Shown here: piece by piece, positions 29,164 to 41,304 of the stretch
Position numbering within the stretch: the stretch's first letter is position 1
Layout of the letters: the number at the start of each line of letters is the position of its first letter
From: Microthrixaceae bacterium
Lineage (GTDB): Bacteria; Actinomycetota; Acidimicrobiia; Acidimicrobiales; Microtrichaceae
Length of the DNA stretch: 64,000 bases
Assembly: GCA_027493675.1 (NCBI GenBank)
Contig: JAOSKI010000005.1
Coordinates: 13,720 to 77,719, forward strand
Direction of reading: 5' to 3'
Position numbers and translations under genes: made by a program
The notes under the pieces: model-generated
Database searches by the model: none
What the model saw: only the letters and a program-made list of their open reading frames with translations
Told to the model about the DNA's origin: nothing

Positions 29164-32100
29164 TCATGGGTCAGGCGGCATCTCTCGGCAGAGCCACCTA
29201 GTCGAACCACAGGAGTGACCTATCGGATCGTCGAGTTCAGGATTGCCCGCGCTTCGTTGCACGTATCCGTACCCGGCCTCGTCAGCGACGGCGAGAGCAG
29301 CCGCTATGAGTTCCGACGCACGCATGTGATCATCCGGACCGGCACGGTCCACCAGAGCCTCTGCGAGCGCTACATCGCTGCAGGACGTGAGGAAGCGGGC
29401 GCGGAGCCCGCGGTGGGTCATGCTCGCCTGCTGCAGGTGTTCAACAGCGAGATCCAGATCGCCGAGGGTGTGACGGGCCAACCCGGCGTAGTAGGAGATC
29501 GAACAGAAGACCGCGCCTGCGTTGAGGGCCATCTGATCGCACCAGCGCTCCAGGCGCGGCGCCAGCACCTCCGCGCTGCCCACATCGCCGATCGAATGGC
29601 TCGCCTCGGCCCAAAGGGCCTGCGCGAACAGCCAGAACTCCGGGTTCGTCTCGCCGAAGCCTCCCCCACGAGCTTCGGTCACGAGCGCCACCACCGCATC
29701 GGTGGATGCCTCCAGGGCACTCGCCCAAGCGAGCACCGACCTGAACACCGCCACTTGGGGATCTTCGGCGATGCTCTGCTCGATGATCGGGAGGAGGGAC
29801 CGAGCGACCCCCTCATCCACGCGCTCAGGATCAGGCCGGCGCTGAGGACCATCCTCCCGATCCGCTCGTTGCCAACCGCGCTCGCAGCGTCGAAGTAGGC
29901 ACCATACGTCTGTTCGACTGCATCCGGCTCCCCGTCGAGGACCGGGCCGAACAGCTCCGCGTACGCCCCGCTTGCCTTCCATCCGGGCCAATCCCCGAGG
30001 CGAACGAGCGCCGCTCTCACGCATCCGCGATGCCGTTCGTAGGCGTCGCGATCCCCCGAACGCAAGGCGGCCCTGCAGGCACCAGAGTGAGCTCGAACGA
30101 CCAGATCTGGCTCCCCGAGCTCGTCGGCGAGCCTTGCGACCTCTTCGCTGAGGTGCCGGTGATCCGCCGCTCGACGATGGTCGTCGAGCGCAAGTCGCAC
30201 TTCGTGCCGACGTCCACCAGGATCCGGGGGTCATGCAACGCTCTCGCGATCTCCACAGCCTCGAGGGCCAGTTCACGTCGATCGGTCGGACCATCCGCGT
30301 AGGTGAGCTCAGCGGCCAGGTAGGCAAGCAACCGGGCGCGTTCGCCGGTCGGTTCGGGGCCAACTGCATCGATCGCCACACGTAGGACTCCGATCAGGGC
30401 ATCGTCGGTGTCGATGAACCTGGTGCGTGCTGCCGCTAGGGCCGCCATCACCACCAGGTCCCGATCATCGAGCCTCGATCGCGGCGCGCGCCGAACCCAA
30501 CAAGAGCTCCTGAGCGCCACTGTCGCCCAGAGCACGACCGGCGATTCCACAGCAGATCCGCAGTTCGACACCGAGACGACCATCGCGCTCCTGATCATCG
30601 AGCAGGCCGAGCGCATCGCTGTACCATCGCCGCGCCTCGGTGGGTGCGGAGTCGCTGCAGTGCCAGATCACCTGCGGCCCGGGCCGAGCGAACGGCGCGT
30701 GTCGTGTCCTTCGGGCGGGTGGCCTGTGCCCAGTGGTACGCAAGCTCGCCGACACGACCCTCGCCGTGGATCGACTCGATCGCCTCTGCGATCTCGTGGT
30801 GCAGGTGCGCCCGGTGTCGGGCGGAGAGCTCGTCGTACAACGTCCGCTCGATGAGTGCATGCGCGAACTGGAACCGCTCGCCGACGTCGACCTCGTGGAG
30901 GAGGTCGGCTGCCGCGGCCTGCTCACACAGCTCTACGACGCGGGAGGCCTCGGCGGAGAGGACCATCGAGAGAACCGAGACCTCGAAGGTCCGACCGATC
31001 ACCGCCGCAGTCGACAGGACGGCGTGTGCCTCCGATCCGAGCCACCGTGATCGCCGGGTGACGACCTCGCGAATGCTCACCGGAAGACCTGCCGAGAGAA
31101 CATCGGTCATGGCCACCCACCTCCCTCCGGCCTGGTCGTCGTGACCGATGGCGCCGGTGTCACGGAGATGCCGGAGCAGTTCGCGCACGAAGAACGGGTT
31201 GCCATCCGTTTCAGCGATCAACGCATTGCGCAAGGCAACGCCGTCTGCGTCCATCTCGTGACCGGCAAGCGCTTCGAGAAGCCACAGCAACTCGTCGTCA
31301 CCCAGGCCCTTGAGATCGACACGTGCCACACCGGGTTCCCGATGCAGCGACGCAAGCACGTCTCCGAACGGGCTGTCCACACCAACACCCGAGGCGCAGA
31401 AGGTCCCGATGACGAGCAACCGCTGCGCTTGCTCGGCACTCAACAGGTACTTCAGCAGTTGCACCGACTCGCTGTCGGCCCAGTGCAGGTCGTCCATCAG
31501 AAGAAGCGTCACCTGGCAGTCGGCCGCGCGCATGAGCAGGTCGGCCACCGAGCGGAAGAGCCGGTACCGGTCGAGCTCCGAGTCACCCATCGCGTACACC
31601 GTCTGGGAGCCGAGTCCTCGCTGCAGACCGGGTGCGAGCCTGCCGACATGGTCGCCGCACTCGGCGAGGTGCGCCGCACCACCGCCCCGGGAGGTGCTGG
31701 AACAGGTGTTCGATCACCTCCACCCAGGGCTTGTAGGGAGCCTGGACGTCGAGGTCACAGCGACCGTACGCTACGGCCGCTCCTCCAACCGATGCGGTAC
31801 GGGCGAACGCGGCCGCCAACGTCGTCTTGCCGATACCCGACTCGCCCGAGAGCAGCACCGCCCGGCGATCCCCTGATTCCGCGGCCTTGAGGGCCTGATC
31901 GAGCACCTCACGTTCGCGTTGCCGGCCTGCGACGAGCCCCGAGCCGAACAGCTCAACCGTGCGCGGCAGCGGTATCGAAGGCATCACAACCCCGGGGTTG
32001 GTTCCCACCGCAACCTGTACACCGCCAAAGGGGTCGACAGCCCCTTCAACTCAAGATCGCCCAGCGGCTCCAGATCGAAGCTCCCGCGGGAGCTGACCAG

Positions 32101-32506
32101 CAGGCGAACCATCTCGCTGAGACGGATCTCACCGGGTCCCGCGCTCGCGCAAAGTCGCGACGCCTCCACAACCGGCACCCCGAAGTAGTCGCCGTCGTCC
32201 TCAGATGCCTCTCCGCTCGACACCCCGATCCGTATCCGAAGCGGCTCGGCCTCCAGCGGCCGACTGGCGACGCGCTGTTGGATCAGTACTGCGCTCTCCA
32301 GCGCCGTCACGGCGCCTGCGAAGACGACCATCAAGCCGTCACCGAGGTGCTTCACGATCCGTCCACCGTTCGACTCCGATCTCGCCGCGGAGCATCTCGT
32401 CGTGCTCCCGGCGCAACGCGTCGGCAGCGGCCTCACCGAGTCGGTACATGGTTGCGGTGGAATCGACCAGGTCGGTGAACATGACGCTGACCGTCTGGAT
32501 TCCCAT
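29164..32506 (-). CDS. large signalling protein: class III adenylate/guanylate cyclase domain - AAA/STAND ATPase - TPR-like repeats, multiply frameshifted
   Basis: Cyclase: MGIQTVSVMFTDLVDSTATMYRLGE...IVKHLGDGLMVVFAG...RIGVSSGEA...DYFGVPVVEASRL (ORF 31984..32919 plus hand translation, ATG 32506). P-loop AVLLSGESGIGKTTL in ORF 31583..32008. LLLMDDLHWADSES...ETDGNPFFVREL in ORF 30595..31599. Helical repeats in ORFs 30017..30616, 29679..30200 and 29164..30381. The stop may be at 29220. Confidence 0.8.
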
Positions 32507-32693
32507 GCCGACCTCCAGTGGTGGAATCCACTTCGTGGGCCGCGGAGCTCGGGACTCTCGCCCGGTGTGATGCCCGTCCGGATCGGGCAGACACCGACGT
32601 CAGTCTCGCGCCATGTGAACTGGCCCGCCAGGGTGTGAGCCCGCTCGAGATCCGAATGGGCGTCGCAGCAAACTCGGGACGTCCGGGTTTTCG

Positions 32694-32766
32694 TGGGGCG
32701 GGTGGGGATCGAACCCACGACCGAGCGATTATGAGTCGCCTGCTCTGACCACTGAGCTACCGCCCC
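32694..32766 (-). tRNA. tRNA-Met (anticodon CAT; could also be Ile2/initiator type)
   Basis: Reverse complement: GGGGCGG TA GCTC AGTGGTCA GAGC A GGCGA CTCATAA TCGCT CGGTC GTGGG TTCGATC CCCAC CCGCCCC A. Clean cloverleaf; no encoded CCA. Confidence 0.9.
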
Positions 32767-33011
32767 CAGCCGGACAATCGCCGCGTGCCTGAACCAAGAC
32801 CGCGGTCCGGACCCAGCGCACCGGTCCTGTCGGGGGAGTCGATCGTAGGACATCCAGGAAGCTGCAACCGACCTTCGGCACCGTCGGTGCAGGTGCAGGC
32901 GTCCCCGAGCCCGCGGCATGGTACCTCGTGCTCACTCCCGACACGGCGTCGGGTATGGTCGCCTGCACTGCAACCACTCGGTCCGACACTCGGACCGGCA
33001 AGGGGGAACCA

Positions 33012-34712
33012 ATGGCATCCATCGACGGCGGCGAAGTACTGGCGCGGGCTCTGCAGAACGAGGGCATGGACACGGTGTTCTCCATCTCCGACATCGCGTC
33101 GAGCCCATTGCTGCGGAGCATCGAATCACTGGGGTTCACCCATGTGGGACCACGCCACGAGAGCGCCGCTGTACACATGGCGGATGGTTGGGCCCGCAGC
33201 AGCGGAACCATGGCCGTGGTCGTCGGGGCCGCTGGACCGGGTGTGGCCAATCTCGTCCCAGGGGTCATGTGCGCGTGGATGGAGGGGGTGCCGGTGCTGG
33301 TCATCGGCACCCAACGTGTCCGACGTTCGATCCGAGCGCTGAGGCGAGGGAGGTTCCAGTTCGGCCCCCAGATCGAGGTGATGGCACCGGTCACGAAGTT
33401 CGCGGCGCGTGTCGAGGCGCCCGACAGGATCCCCGAGTTCGTCGCCGAGGCCGCCCGCGCCGCGCTCAGCGGACGACAAGGACCGGTGTTCCTGGAGATC
33501 CCGACCGACGTGCTCACCGAGAATACCGACGAGTCGGCTGTCGTGCTGCGCCCGGTCGGCCAGCACCGCTTCACACCCGGTGCCCCCGACCCGGATTCGC
33601 TGCAGAGGGCCGCCGATCTCCTCCATGCTGCCGAATTCCCCTTGATCCTGGCGGGCCATGGGTGCACCGTTGCGGAGCCGGCGAAGAGCTGCGAGCATTC
33701 GCCGAACAGACCGGTGCCCTCGTCATGACCACAGCCGGTGCCCGGGGAGCGTTCCCCCGAGGACCACCCACAGTCGGTGGGCATGGCGTTCCCTTGGGGG
33801 ACTCCGGCGCACCTCGACTCCGACTGATACTCGCGGTCGGCACCCAGCTCGGTGAGACCGTCACCTACCTGTCGCCGCCCGGCTGGGCCGGCTCCGACTC
33901 CCAGAAGCTGATCCACCTGGAGGTGGATCCCGAGACGGTCGGAGTGAACCGCGCCACCGATGTCGCACTCGTCGGTGATGCCGCCAAGGGCCTCGCTGCC
34001 CTCACATCGTTGTTGGCCGAACGTGGCGCTCCCCGTTCACCCAGTGAACCCGCGGCGACCTACGCGGCTGAGTTCCAGGACTTCCGAGGGCGCTCCTCGA
34101 CACCTACGCGGACATCGACGGGTCGCCGGTGCACCCCGGCCGACTCGCGGTCGAGGTCGCCAAGTGGCTACCCGAGGACGCGATAGTGGCGATCGACGGT
34201 GGCGACACGGGGCTGTGGGCGCACCTCGCCTTCACGCACCGAAGGCCACGGTCGCTGTTGTGGACCGGCCACTACGGTCACCTGGGCACGGGTCTGCCCT
34301 ACGCGATCGGCGCCAAGCTGGCCAACCCGGATCGACCCACGGTGCTGTTCACCGGGGATGGCGCCTTCGGATTCAACCTCCAGGAGCTGGAGACCGCCGC
34401 CCGGGTCGGCGCGAACGTCGTGGTGGTGATCAACTGCGACCACGCCTGGGGAATGGAGGCCCGTCACATGCGCAAGAACGTGGGCACGACCATCGGCGTT
34501 CCGCTGTCGGAGGTCCGCTACGACCAGGTGGCCGAGGCCCTGGGCTGCCACGCAGAACTGGTCGACCACAGCGATGCTCTGCCCGGTGCCCTGCAACGGG
34601 CGATGGACTCAGGACGCCCGGCCGTGGTGCAGGTACTGGTCGATCCGCGGAGAACGAGAACCCACCCGGCCTGGACGACTTCTCTGCCATGTACGGCGCC
34701 GAGAACACCTGA
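33012..34712 (+). CDS. thiamine-diphosphate-dependent enzyme (acetolactate synthase large-subunit-like), frameshifted
   Basis: MASIDGGEVLARALQNEGMDTVFSI...HESAAVHMADGWAR...VVGAAGPGVANLVPG in ORF 32928..33728. The middle part is in ORF 32918..34186. The TPP motif GHLGTGLPYAIGAKLA...FTGDGAFGFNLQELETA...VVVINCDHAWG is in ORF 34129..35508. The C-terminal ...PPGLDDFSAMYGAENT* is in ORF 33960..34712. Confidence 0.8.
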
Positions 34713-34719
34713 GCCACGA

Positions 34720-35512
34720 GTGGCACGGAATCGTGGTGTGGCCGTCGTCACCGGCGGTGCAGGCGGGCTCGGCAGGGCTCTCACCTCCGCGCTCGATCGC
34801 GTGGGGTACGAGGCAGTACCCGCAGACTTGAACGGCACGGCCACGGGCCTCGACGTCACCGATGCGGCCGCCTGCCGGGCTCTTGCCGAGGAACTCCAAC
34901 CGACACTGTGGATCAACAACGCGGGGCTGTCGGGCGCCGGCGCCCTCATGGAGCGATCCGATGCCTCGGTGGAGGCGATGATCGGGGTCAACTTCCTCGG
35001 GGTCGTCCACGGCACCCGCGCTGCGCTGTCGACGATGCTGCCGGCGGGCCGTGGCCGCATCATCAACATCGCGTCGCTGGCCGGTTGGGGGCCGGTACCC
35101 AACATCGCGATCTACTCCGGCACGAAGAACGCCGTGCGAGCCTTCAGCATCGCCGCCGATGCCGAGATCGGCTCACGGCACCTGAGGGTCCAGTGCCTGT
35201 TGCCCGACGGGATCGCAACCCCGATGGTCGACATCACAGATGCACGTCACCTGATGTCGTTCACCGGGAAGCGCCTGCTGGACCCCGAAGAGGTGGCCGA
35301 CGCCGCGCTGGCGCTGTTGGCAGGTCGACGAGCAGTGGCGTCGGTGCCCCCACAGCCGCGGGGCGGTGGTACGCACCCTCGCTCTGTTCCCATCGGCTGC
35401 CCGGCCGCTGAAGGGGCGGATCGAGCGCAGGGCCAGAGCAAACCAGCACCGGACCATGACGGCCGCGGACTCCCGCTACGGCATCCGGATCGGAGGGGAC
35501 GACCATGACTGA
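34720..35512 (+). CDS. short-chain dehydrogenase/reductase (SDR), one frameshift near the 3' end
   Basis: GTG at 34720. VAVVTGGAGGLGRAL...NNAGL...IINIASLAG...YSGTKNAV (TGxxxGxG, NNAG, YxxxK). The C-terminal ~50 aa read better one frame over (RGAVVRTLALFPSAARPLKGRIERRARANQ), ending at TGA 35510-35512, which overlaps the next ATG. Confidence 0.8.
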
Positions 35513-36475
35513 TCATCCGAAGGCACTCGTCACCGGTGCAGCCGGGTTCATGGGCACCGCACTGAGCGACCGGCTGCGATCCATGGGCTACGACGTAACC
35601 GGGATCGATGTGGTGGCAGCGGGTGACGAAGGCGTCACCCGGGCCGACATCTCCGCGCCGGGATCCTGGCAGGAACTCGCCGCGGGTTGCGACCTGGTGT
35701 TCCACACCGCGGCGGTCGTGTCCAACACCTCGCCGTTGGAGTCGGCGTGGAAGGTCAACGTCCGTGGCACCCGCAACGTCGTGGAAGCATGCCGTGATGG
35801 CGGCGTGCGCCGGCTCCTTCACGTGTCATCCGCAGCGGTGTACTCGCACGACCGCCCACCGGTGGTCACCGGGATCCTCCCCGTCCGACCCTCCGGTCGG
35901 GTGTACGGAGACACCAAGATCGCAGCCGAACAGGTCGTCTGGCAGGCCCACGCCGCCGGCGAGGTGACAGCCACCGTGGTGCGTCCCGGTGACATCTACG
36001 GGCCCGGTTCACGTCCGTGGACGATCCTGCCGGTCCAGATGCTGGCCGCCGGGCAGGTCATCCTCCCCGCCCGCGGGCACGGCCTTCTGAACCCCTGTAC
36101 GTCACCGACCTGGTCGAAGGGGTGCTGGCCGCGGCGACGAACCCCGCCGGAGCAGGCCGGGTGTTCAACTGAGCGGCCCCGATGCGGTGGGAGACCCGCG
36201 ACTTCTTCAGCCACTACTGCAAGATGCTGGGCATCAAGGGACCGAGGGTGGCTCCGACCGTCCTCGCAGTGGCGGTGGCAACGGTCGTCGGCGGTGTGCT
36301 GCGCGCCATGGGCCGCCCGAGTGAGGCGAGCGCCGGGACCATGGCCATGCTCGCGACCGACGCCCGTGTCTCCAACGAGTTGGCCCGCGACGTCCTCGGT
36401 TGGGAGCCGCAGGTGGACCTCGACGCGGGCATGGCGATGACCGAGTCGTGGCTGCGCGCCGAAGGCCTGATCTGA
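35505..36475 (+). CDS. NAD-dependent epimerase/dehydratase-family protein, frameshifted
   Basis: MTDHPKALVTGAAGFMGTAL...HVSSAAVY...YGDTKIAAEQ...VRPGDIYGPG in ORF 35505..36440. The C-terminus ...DARVSNELARDVLGWEPQVDLDAGMAMTESWLRAEGLI is in ORF 36182..36475. Confidence 0.8.
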
Positions 36476-36543
36476 CCCGCACGAACTGTCCGGGCTCAAC
36501 CGCGGAGACCGAGCGTGACGCCGGACAGTTCGCCGGGAGGTGG

Positions 36544-36616
36544 CTCCGGGGGTGGGGCTCGAACCCACGACCTGCGGATTAACAGTCCGATGCTCTGCCA
36601 ACTGAGCTACCCCGGA
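36544..36616 (-). tRNA. tRNA-Asn (anticodon GTT)
   Basis: Reverse complement: TCCGGGG TA GCTC AGTTGGCA GAGC A TCGGA CTGTTAA TCCGC AGGTC GTGGG TTCGAGC CCCAC CCCCGGA G. Confidence 0.9.
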
Positions 36617-36714
36617 AGGAATCCACGAATGTAGCAGCGACACAGGTGGCCGACGAACCGCGATCCTCCGCGTCGCAGGTCCTCACAGGACCGACCATGC
36701 GGCCCACGAGATGC

Positions 36715-37972
36715 TCAATCCGCGCTCAGGTAGTCCTCGAGCCGCTGGCGCCTTTGAGGATGGCGCAGCTTGGCGAGGGTCTTCGACTCGATCTGACGGA
36801 TCCGCTCCCGCGTCACCCCGAAGCGCTGGCCCACCTCCTCGAGTGTGTGCGGTTGCCCACCGTCCAGACCGAAGCGCATCCGCACCACCTCCTTCTCGCG
36901 CTCGGAGAGCTCGGACAACGACTCCGGTGATCTGCTCGGAAAGCGAACGTGCCGTAGCCACGTCTGCGGGCATGGCCACCTGCTGGTCCTCGATGAAGTC
37001 ACCCAGGAAGCTGTCCTCGTCGTCGCCGACGGGCGAATCCAGCGAAAGCGGGTCTGACCCAGTCGGAGTATCTCGCGGATCTTGCGGGGTGGCAGCTCCG
37101 CCTTCGCGGGCCAGTTCGTCGATGGTCGGTTCCCGTTCCATCTCCTGGGCCATCTGGCGCTGCATCCGCTGCACCTTGTTCATCGACTCCACCATGTGAA
37201 CAGGGATCCGGATCGTTCGTGACTGATCCGCGATCGCGCGGGTGATCGCCTGACGGATCCACCAGGTGGCGTAGGTGGAGAACTTGAAGCCCTTGGTGTA
37301 GTCGAACTTCTCCACCGCTCGCATGAGGCCCAGGTTCCCCTCCTGGACGAGATCCAGCATCGGCAACCCGCGACCCAGGTAGCGCTTGGCTATCGAGACG
37401 ACCAGGCGAAGGTTCGCCTGGGTGAGCTCGCTCTTGGCTGCCTCACCGTCGCGTACCTGCCGCCGGAGCATCGCCTTCTCAGCGGGACCGAGCTGAAGGA
37501 TCTCGCCGGAGGCGTTCAGGTCGGCGACACGCTCCTCGGCGTGCACACCCGCTTCGATGCGTCGCGCCAGCGATACCTCCTGTTCGGCATTCAACAGCGA
37601 AACCTGGCCGATCTCGCGGAGGTACATCTTGACCGGATCCGACGGTGGCGGTCCGCCGGTCCTGGCAGGACCTTCCTTCAGGCGGGCGAGCCGGTCGCCA
37701 CGCCGCCGTACCTCGTTGGGGTCGATCACCGGAGCATCGCGTTCAACGGCCATCTCGGTCACCTCCACCTCAAGGGTAACCCCGCGCCGTCCCCAGAATT
37801 CCCTGGTCTCCTCGAGCACCTCGTCGGTCATCTCACGACCCAGAGCGCTCAGCGCATCATCGAGGGAGATCACGCCGGATGCCTTCTCGGCTCGGTCCTG
37901 AAGCGCCGTCACCTCTCCGTCGGGAACCTGGTCCCACATCGCCACTCGCTGCTCCCTTTCAGGCACTTCCAC
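36715..37972 (-). CDS. rpoD: RNA polymerase sigma-70 factor, group 1/2 (principal-sigma-like), frameshifted
   Basis: [82 protein letters not shown] in ORF 36683..37972. Region 4 [51 protein letters not shown] in ORF 36715..37002. There are about three frame changes between 36935 and 37100. Confidence 0.9.
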
Positions 37973-37973
37973 G

Positions 37974-39787
37974 TCAGTCCCCGAGGTCCCCCTCGGACCG
38001 TCTTAGCTTCAACCAATCTAGCAACTCCCCCACCGTTTCCGACTGGAGATGTGGCCGCCGCAGCTCCTCGAGGGTGACCTTCAGATACGAGATCGCCTGG
38101 GAGTACTGCAGCGGGTCCTCCGAAGCACGAGCCTCTCGCTCCAGTTCGATCATCTCGACGCGCGCCACCTCGGTGGCCAGCCGACCCAGGACATCGGTGG
38201 GTTCCACCAGCAGTTCCTCGACCGACAGCCTGGTGAGCTCCTCGGACAGCTCCGGAGGGGCGGCTGCCACCGCTGCGGCAAGGGATTCATGCGACATCAG
38301 CACCTCCAGGGCCGCCCTGGCCGTCTGGTGGTCGAACAACTCGACCACCAGAGCGGCTCTTGCGATGTCGGGGCGGTGCACTGCGAGGCGTATCGCCTCG
38401 CGTTCAGCGCCCTGGGGGATCGGCGGGAGTCCGATCGACCCGCCTGGGGCATCCCGTGGATCCTCCCGAGGCACACCGGCGCGCTCGCCCGGTGTCGTCT
38501 CGGGGGGTCGGCGACGGATCTCCGTCAGCCTCTCGCGCAGACGCGCGACATCGATGCGCGTGGAGTCCGCCAGCGACATCAGGTACTGGTCGACCACCAG
38601 CGCATCGTGATGGGGGCGATCACCCCAAGGGCGGCATCCGCGGCCCGTGCACGACCTTCGGGCGTTCCGAGGTCGCCTGCCGTGAGTGCACGCTGCACGC
38701 GGAACTCCACGAAGGGCCGTGCACCCACCACCGCCGCCGCAAGCGCCTCAGGATCCTCGCGGGCCAGTTCATCGGGGTCGGCGCCCCCCGGAAGCTCGAC
38801 GACCGAGAAGTCCACGTCGTGGGCCTTCTCCCAGGCGTACACCCGCTCTGCGGCGGAGCGACCCGCCTCGTCCGCGTCGTATGCAAGCAGGATCCGCCGG
38901 GTGAACCTCGACAGCAGTTGTACGTGGTCCTCGGTGGCGCGGTCCCGCAGGTGGCGACGCGCGGTGGATCCCGGCGCGGTCGAAACCCACCACATCGGTG
39001 TAGCCCTCGCAGACGATCACCTCGTTGGCGTTGACGACGTCGGCCTTCGCCCGGTCCAGTCCGTACAGCGCCCGGGACTTGTGATACAGCACGTTGTCCC
39101 GCGAATTCTGGTACTTGGGCCCCTCGGCGTCAGGCAGCTTGCGACCACCGAAGCCGATCGGGTGCCCCTGTTCGTCGAAGATCGGGAACAGCTACGCGCA
39201 TCCGGAAGAAGTCCTGGAGGCGATTGCGCCGGTTCAGCATCCCCAGCCCGGTGTCCTCCAGGTCACGTTGGGACAGCTTGAGGGCTCGGGTCAGTTGATC
39301 CCAACCATCGGGAGCCCAGCCGATCCGGTAGGTGGCGACCTCGTCGCTGTCGAAACCGCGCGATCGCAGGTACCCACGTGCGGGCGCCGCGTCGGGAGCG
39401 GTCCGCAGCCGCTCGTGGTACCAGTCCACCGCTCGTTGCGATGACATCATGCAGGTGGAAGCGGCGCTTGCGCTCCTCGCCACCACCGGCCTCGGTGTAG
39501 CGCAGCGTGACGTTCGCCCGCGCCGCGAGGTTCTCCACCGCGTCCACGAAGTCGAGGTGCTCGATCTCACGGATGAACGTGATGGCGTCACCGGAGGCCT
39601 TGCATCCGAAGCAGTGGTACAGGCCCTCGGCGGCGTTGACCGAGAACGACGGCGACTTCTCCGCATGGAACGGGCACAGACCCACCCATCGCTGACCCAC
39701 CCGCCGCAGTTGGGAGTACTGGGAGACCAGCGCCACCATGTCGGTGCTCTCACGCACCCGGGCCACGTCCTCATCGACGATGCCCAT
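37974..39787 (-). CDS. dnaG: DNA primase, multiply frameshifted
   Basis: Zn finger [36 protein letters not shown] in ORF 39263..39787. [19 protein letters not shown]...[10 protein letters not shown] (Toprim) in ORF 38769..39092. [16 protein letters not shown] in ORF 38579..38995. The C-terminal helical domain is ORF 37974..38597. Confidence 0.9.
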
Positions 39788-39866
39788 GGCTCACCTCCCC
39801 CGACCGTCCCCGAGCCGGCTTGCGTCGCCTCGGTCCCAACGAGCCCGCGGTGTTCGTCCAACCCCG

Positions 39867-41187
39867 TCAGCCGAGCCTGTTCGCCAGGTGGTCCACCAGC
39901 CCCGTCATCGGCACCCGGTCCTGCTCCATCGTGTCACGGTCACGCACCGTCACAGCATGGTCCTCGATCGACTCGAAGTCGAAGGTGACGCACAGCGGCG
40001 TCCCGAGCTCGTCCTGGCGCCGGTAACGACGCCCGATCGATTGGGTCTCGTCGTAGTCACACATCAGGTGCTTGCGCAGCTCCGCCCGCCAACTCGCTCG
40101 CGGGAGCGGACAACTCGGGCTTCTTCGACAGCGGCAGCACTGCGACCTTGTAAGGCGCGATGCTCGGGTGGAACCGAAGCACCACGCGCTGCTCGCCACG
40201 GACCTCCTCTTCGTCGTATGCGGCCATCAGGAACGCCATGGCGGTCCGGGTGGCGCCCGCAGCCGGTTCGATCACATGGGGGACCCAGCGTTCGTCGGTT
40301 GCCTGGTCGTACCACTCGAGGCGTTCGCCGGAGTGCTCGCCATGTTGGCGCAGGTCGTAGTCGCCCCGGTTCGCGATGCCCTCGAGCTCGTCCCAACCCC
40401 AGGGAACAGGTACTCCACATCCGCGGTGCCCGACGAGTAGTGCGACAGCTCGTCGTCGTCGTGTTGGCGCAGCCGCAGCTTCTCCGGCGGCATCCCGTGC
40501 TCCAGATACCACTGGTAGCGCTCGTTGCACCAGTACTCGTAGTGCTTCTGAGCTTCGTCGGGATGGCAGAAGTACTCCATCTCCATCTGCTCGAACTCGC
40601 GGGTGCGGAACACGAACTGGCCGGGTGTTATCTCGTTGCGGAACGACTTGCCGATCTGGGCGATCCCGAAGGGCGGTCGGACCCGGGTGGTGTCGATCAC
40701 GTTCTTGAAGTTGATGAACATCCCCTGCGCCGTCTCGGGACGCAGGAACGCCTTTGCAGAGGCATCGGCAACCGGTCCCGCCTGTGTCTCGAACATCAGG
40801 TTGAACTGACGTGGCTCGGTGAAGGTTCCCCGCTTTTCACAGCTCGGGCACTGTTCGGGGTCCTCCAGCTTGTCGAGACGGAACCGGTTCTTGCAGTTGG
40901 TGCAGTCCACCAGCGGGTCGGTGAAGTTCGCCAGGTGTCCCGACGCCTCCCCAGACCGCCGGCGGAGAGAGGATGGACGCGTCCAGGCCGACCACGTCGC
41001 TGCGTTCCTGCACCATCGAGCGCCACCAGGCATCCTTCACGTTGCGCAGCAGCAGGACCCCCAGCGGACCGTAGTCGTAGGTGGAGCGGAAACCGCCGTA
41101 GATCTCGGCGGAGGGATACACGAATCCACGCCGCTTGGTGAGGTTCACGATCTTTTCGAACAGCTCTGGAGCCGATGATGCGGACAT
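39867..41187 (-). CDS. glyQS: glycine--tRNA ligase (dimeric class II GlyQS type), frameshifted
   Basis: [23 protein letters not shown] in ORF 40837..41187. [17 protein letters not shown]...[16 protein letters not shown]...[14 protein letters not shown] in ORF 40272..41033. [17 protein letters not shown] in ORF 40057..40530. [21 protein letters not shown] in ORF 39867..40199. Confidence 0.92.
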
Positions 41188-41304
41188 GGCCGCTCAGGCT
41201 ACAAGGCCCTCTGGATGGCGCCGGAACGCCCAACCCACCCAGCCCACCCAGCATGTGGTCGAAATCCACCGTGGAGAGCGGTATCGCAGATAGCGTCGAG
41301 GCCG

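Noticed and set aside
32767-33011. Possible TPP riboswitch upstream of the TPP-dependent enzyme
   Set aside because: I could not find the conserved CUGAGA / ACCUGAUCUGGAUAAUGCCAGCG-like elements in the 245-nt leader. This was an eye scan only.
20581-36616. Prophage or integrative element next to the three tRNA genes
   Set aside because: I found no integrase, recombinase, transposase, phage structural or replication gene anywhere in the window, and I saw no duplicated tRNA 3' segment. Only the weak cassette hypothesis for 32.7-36.6 kb is retained.
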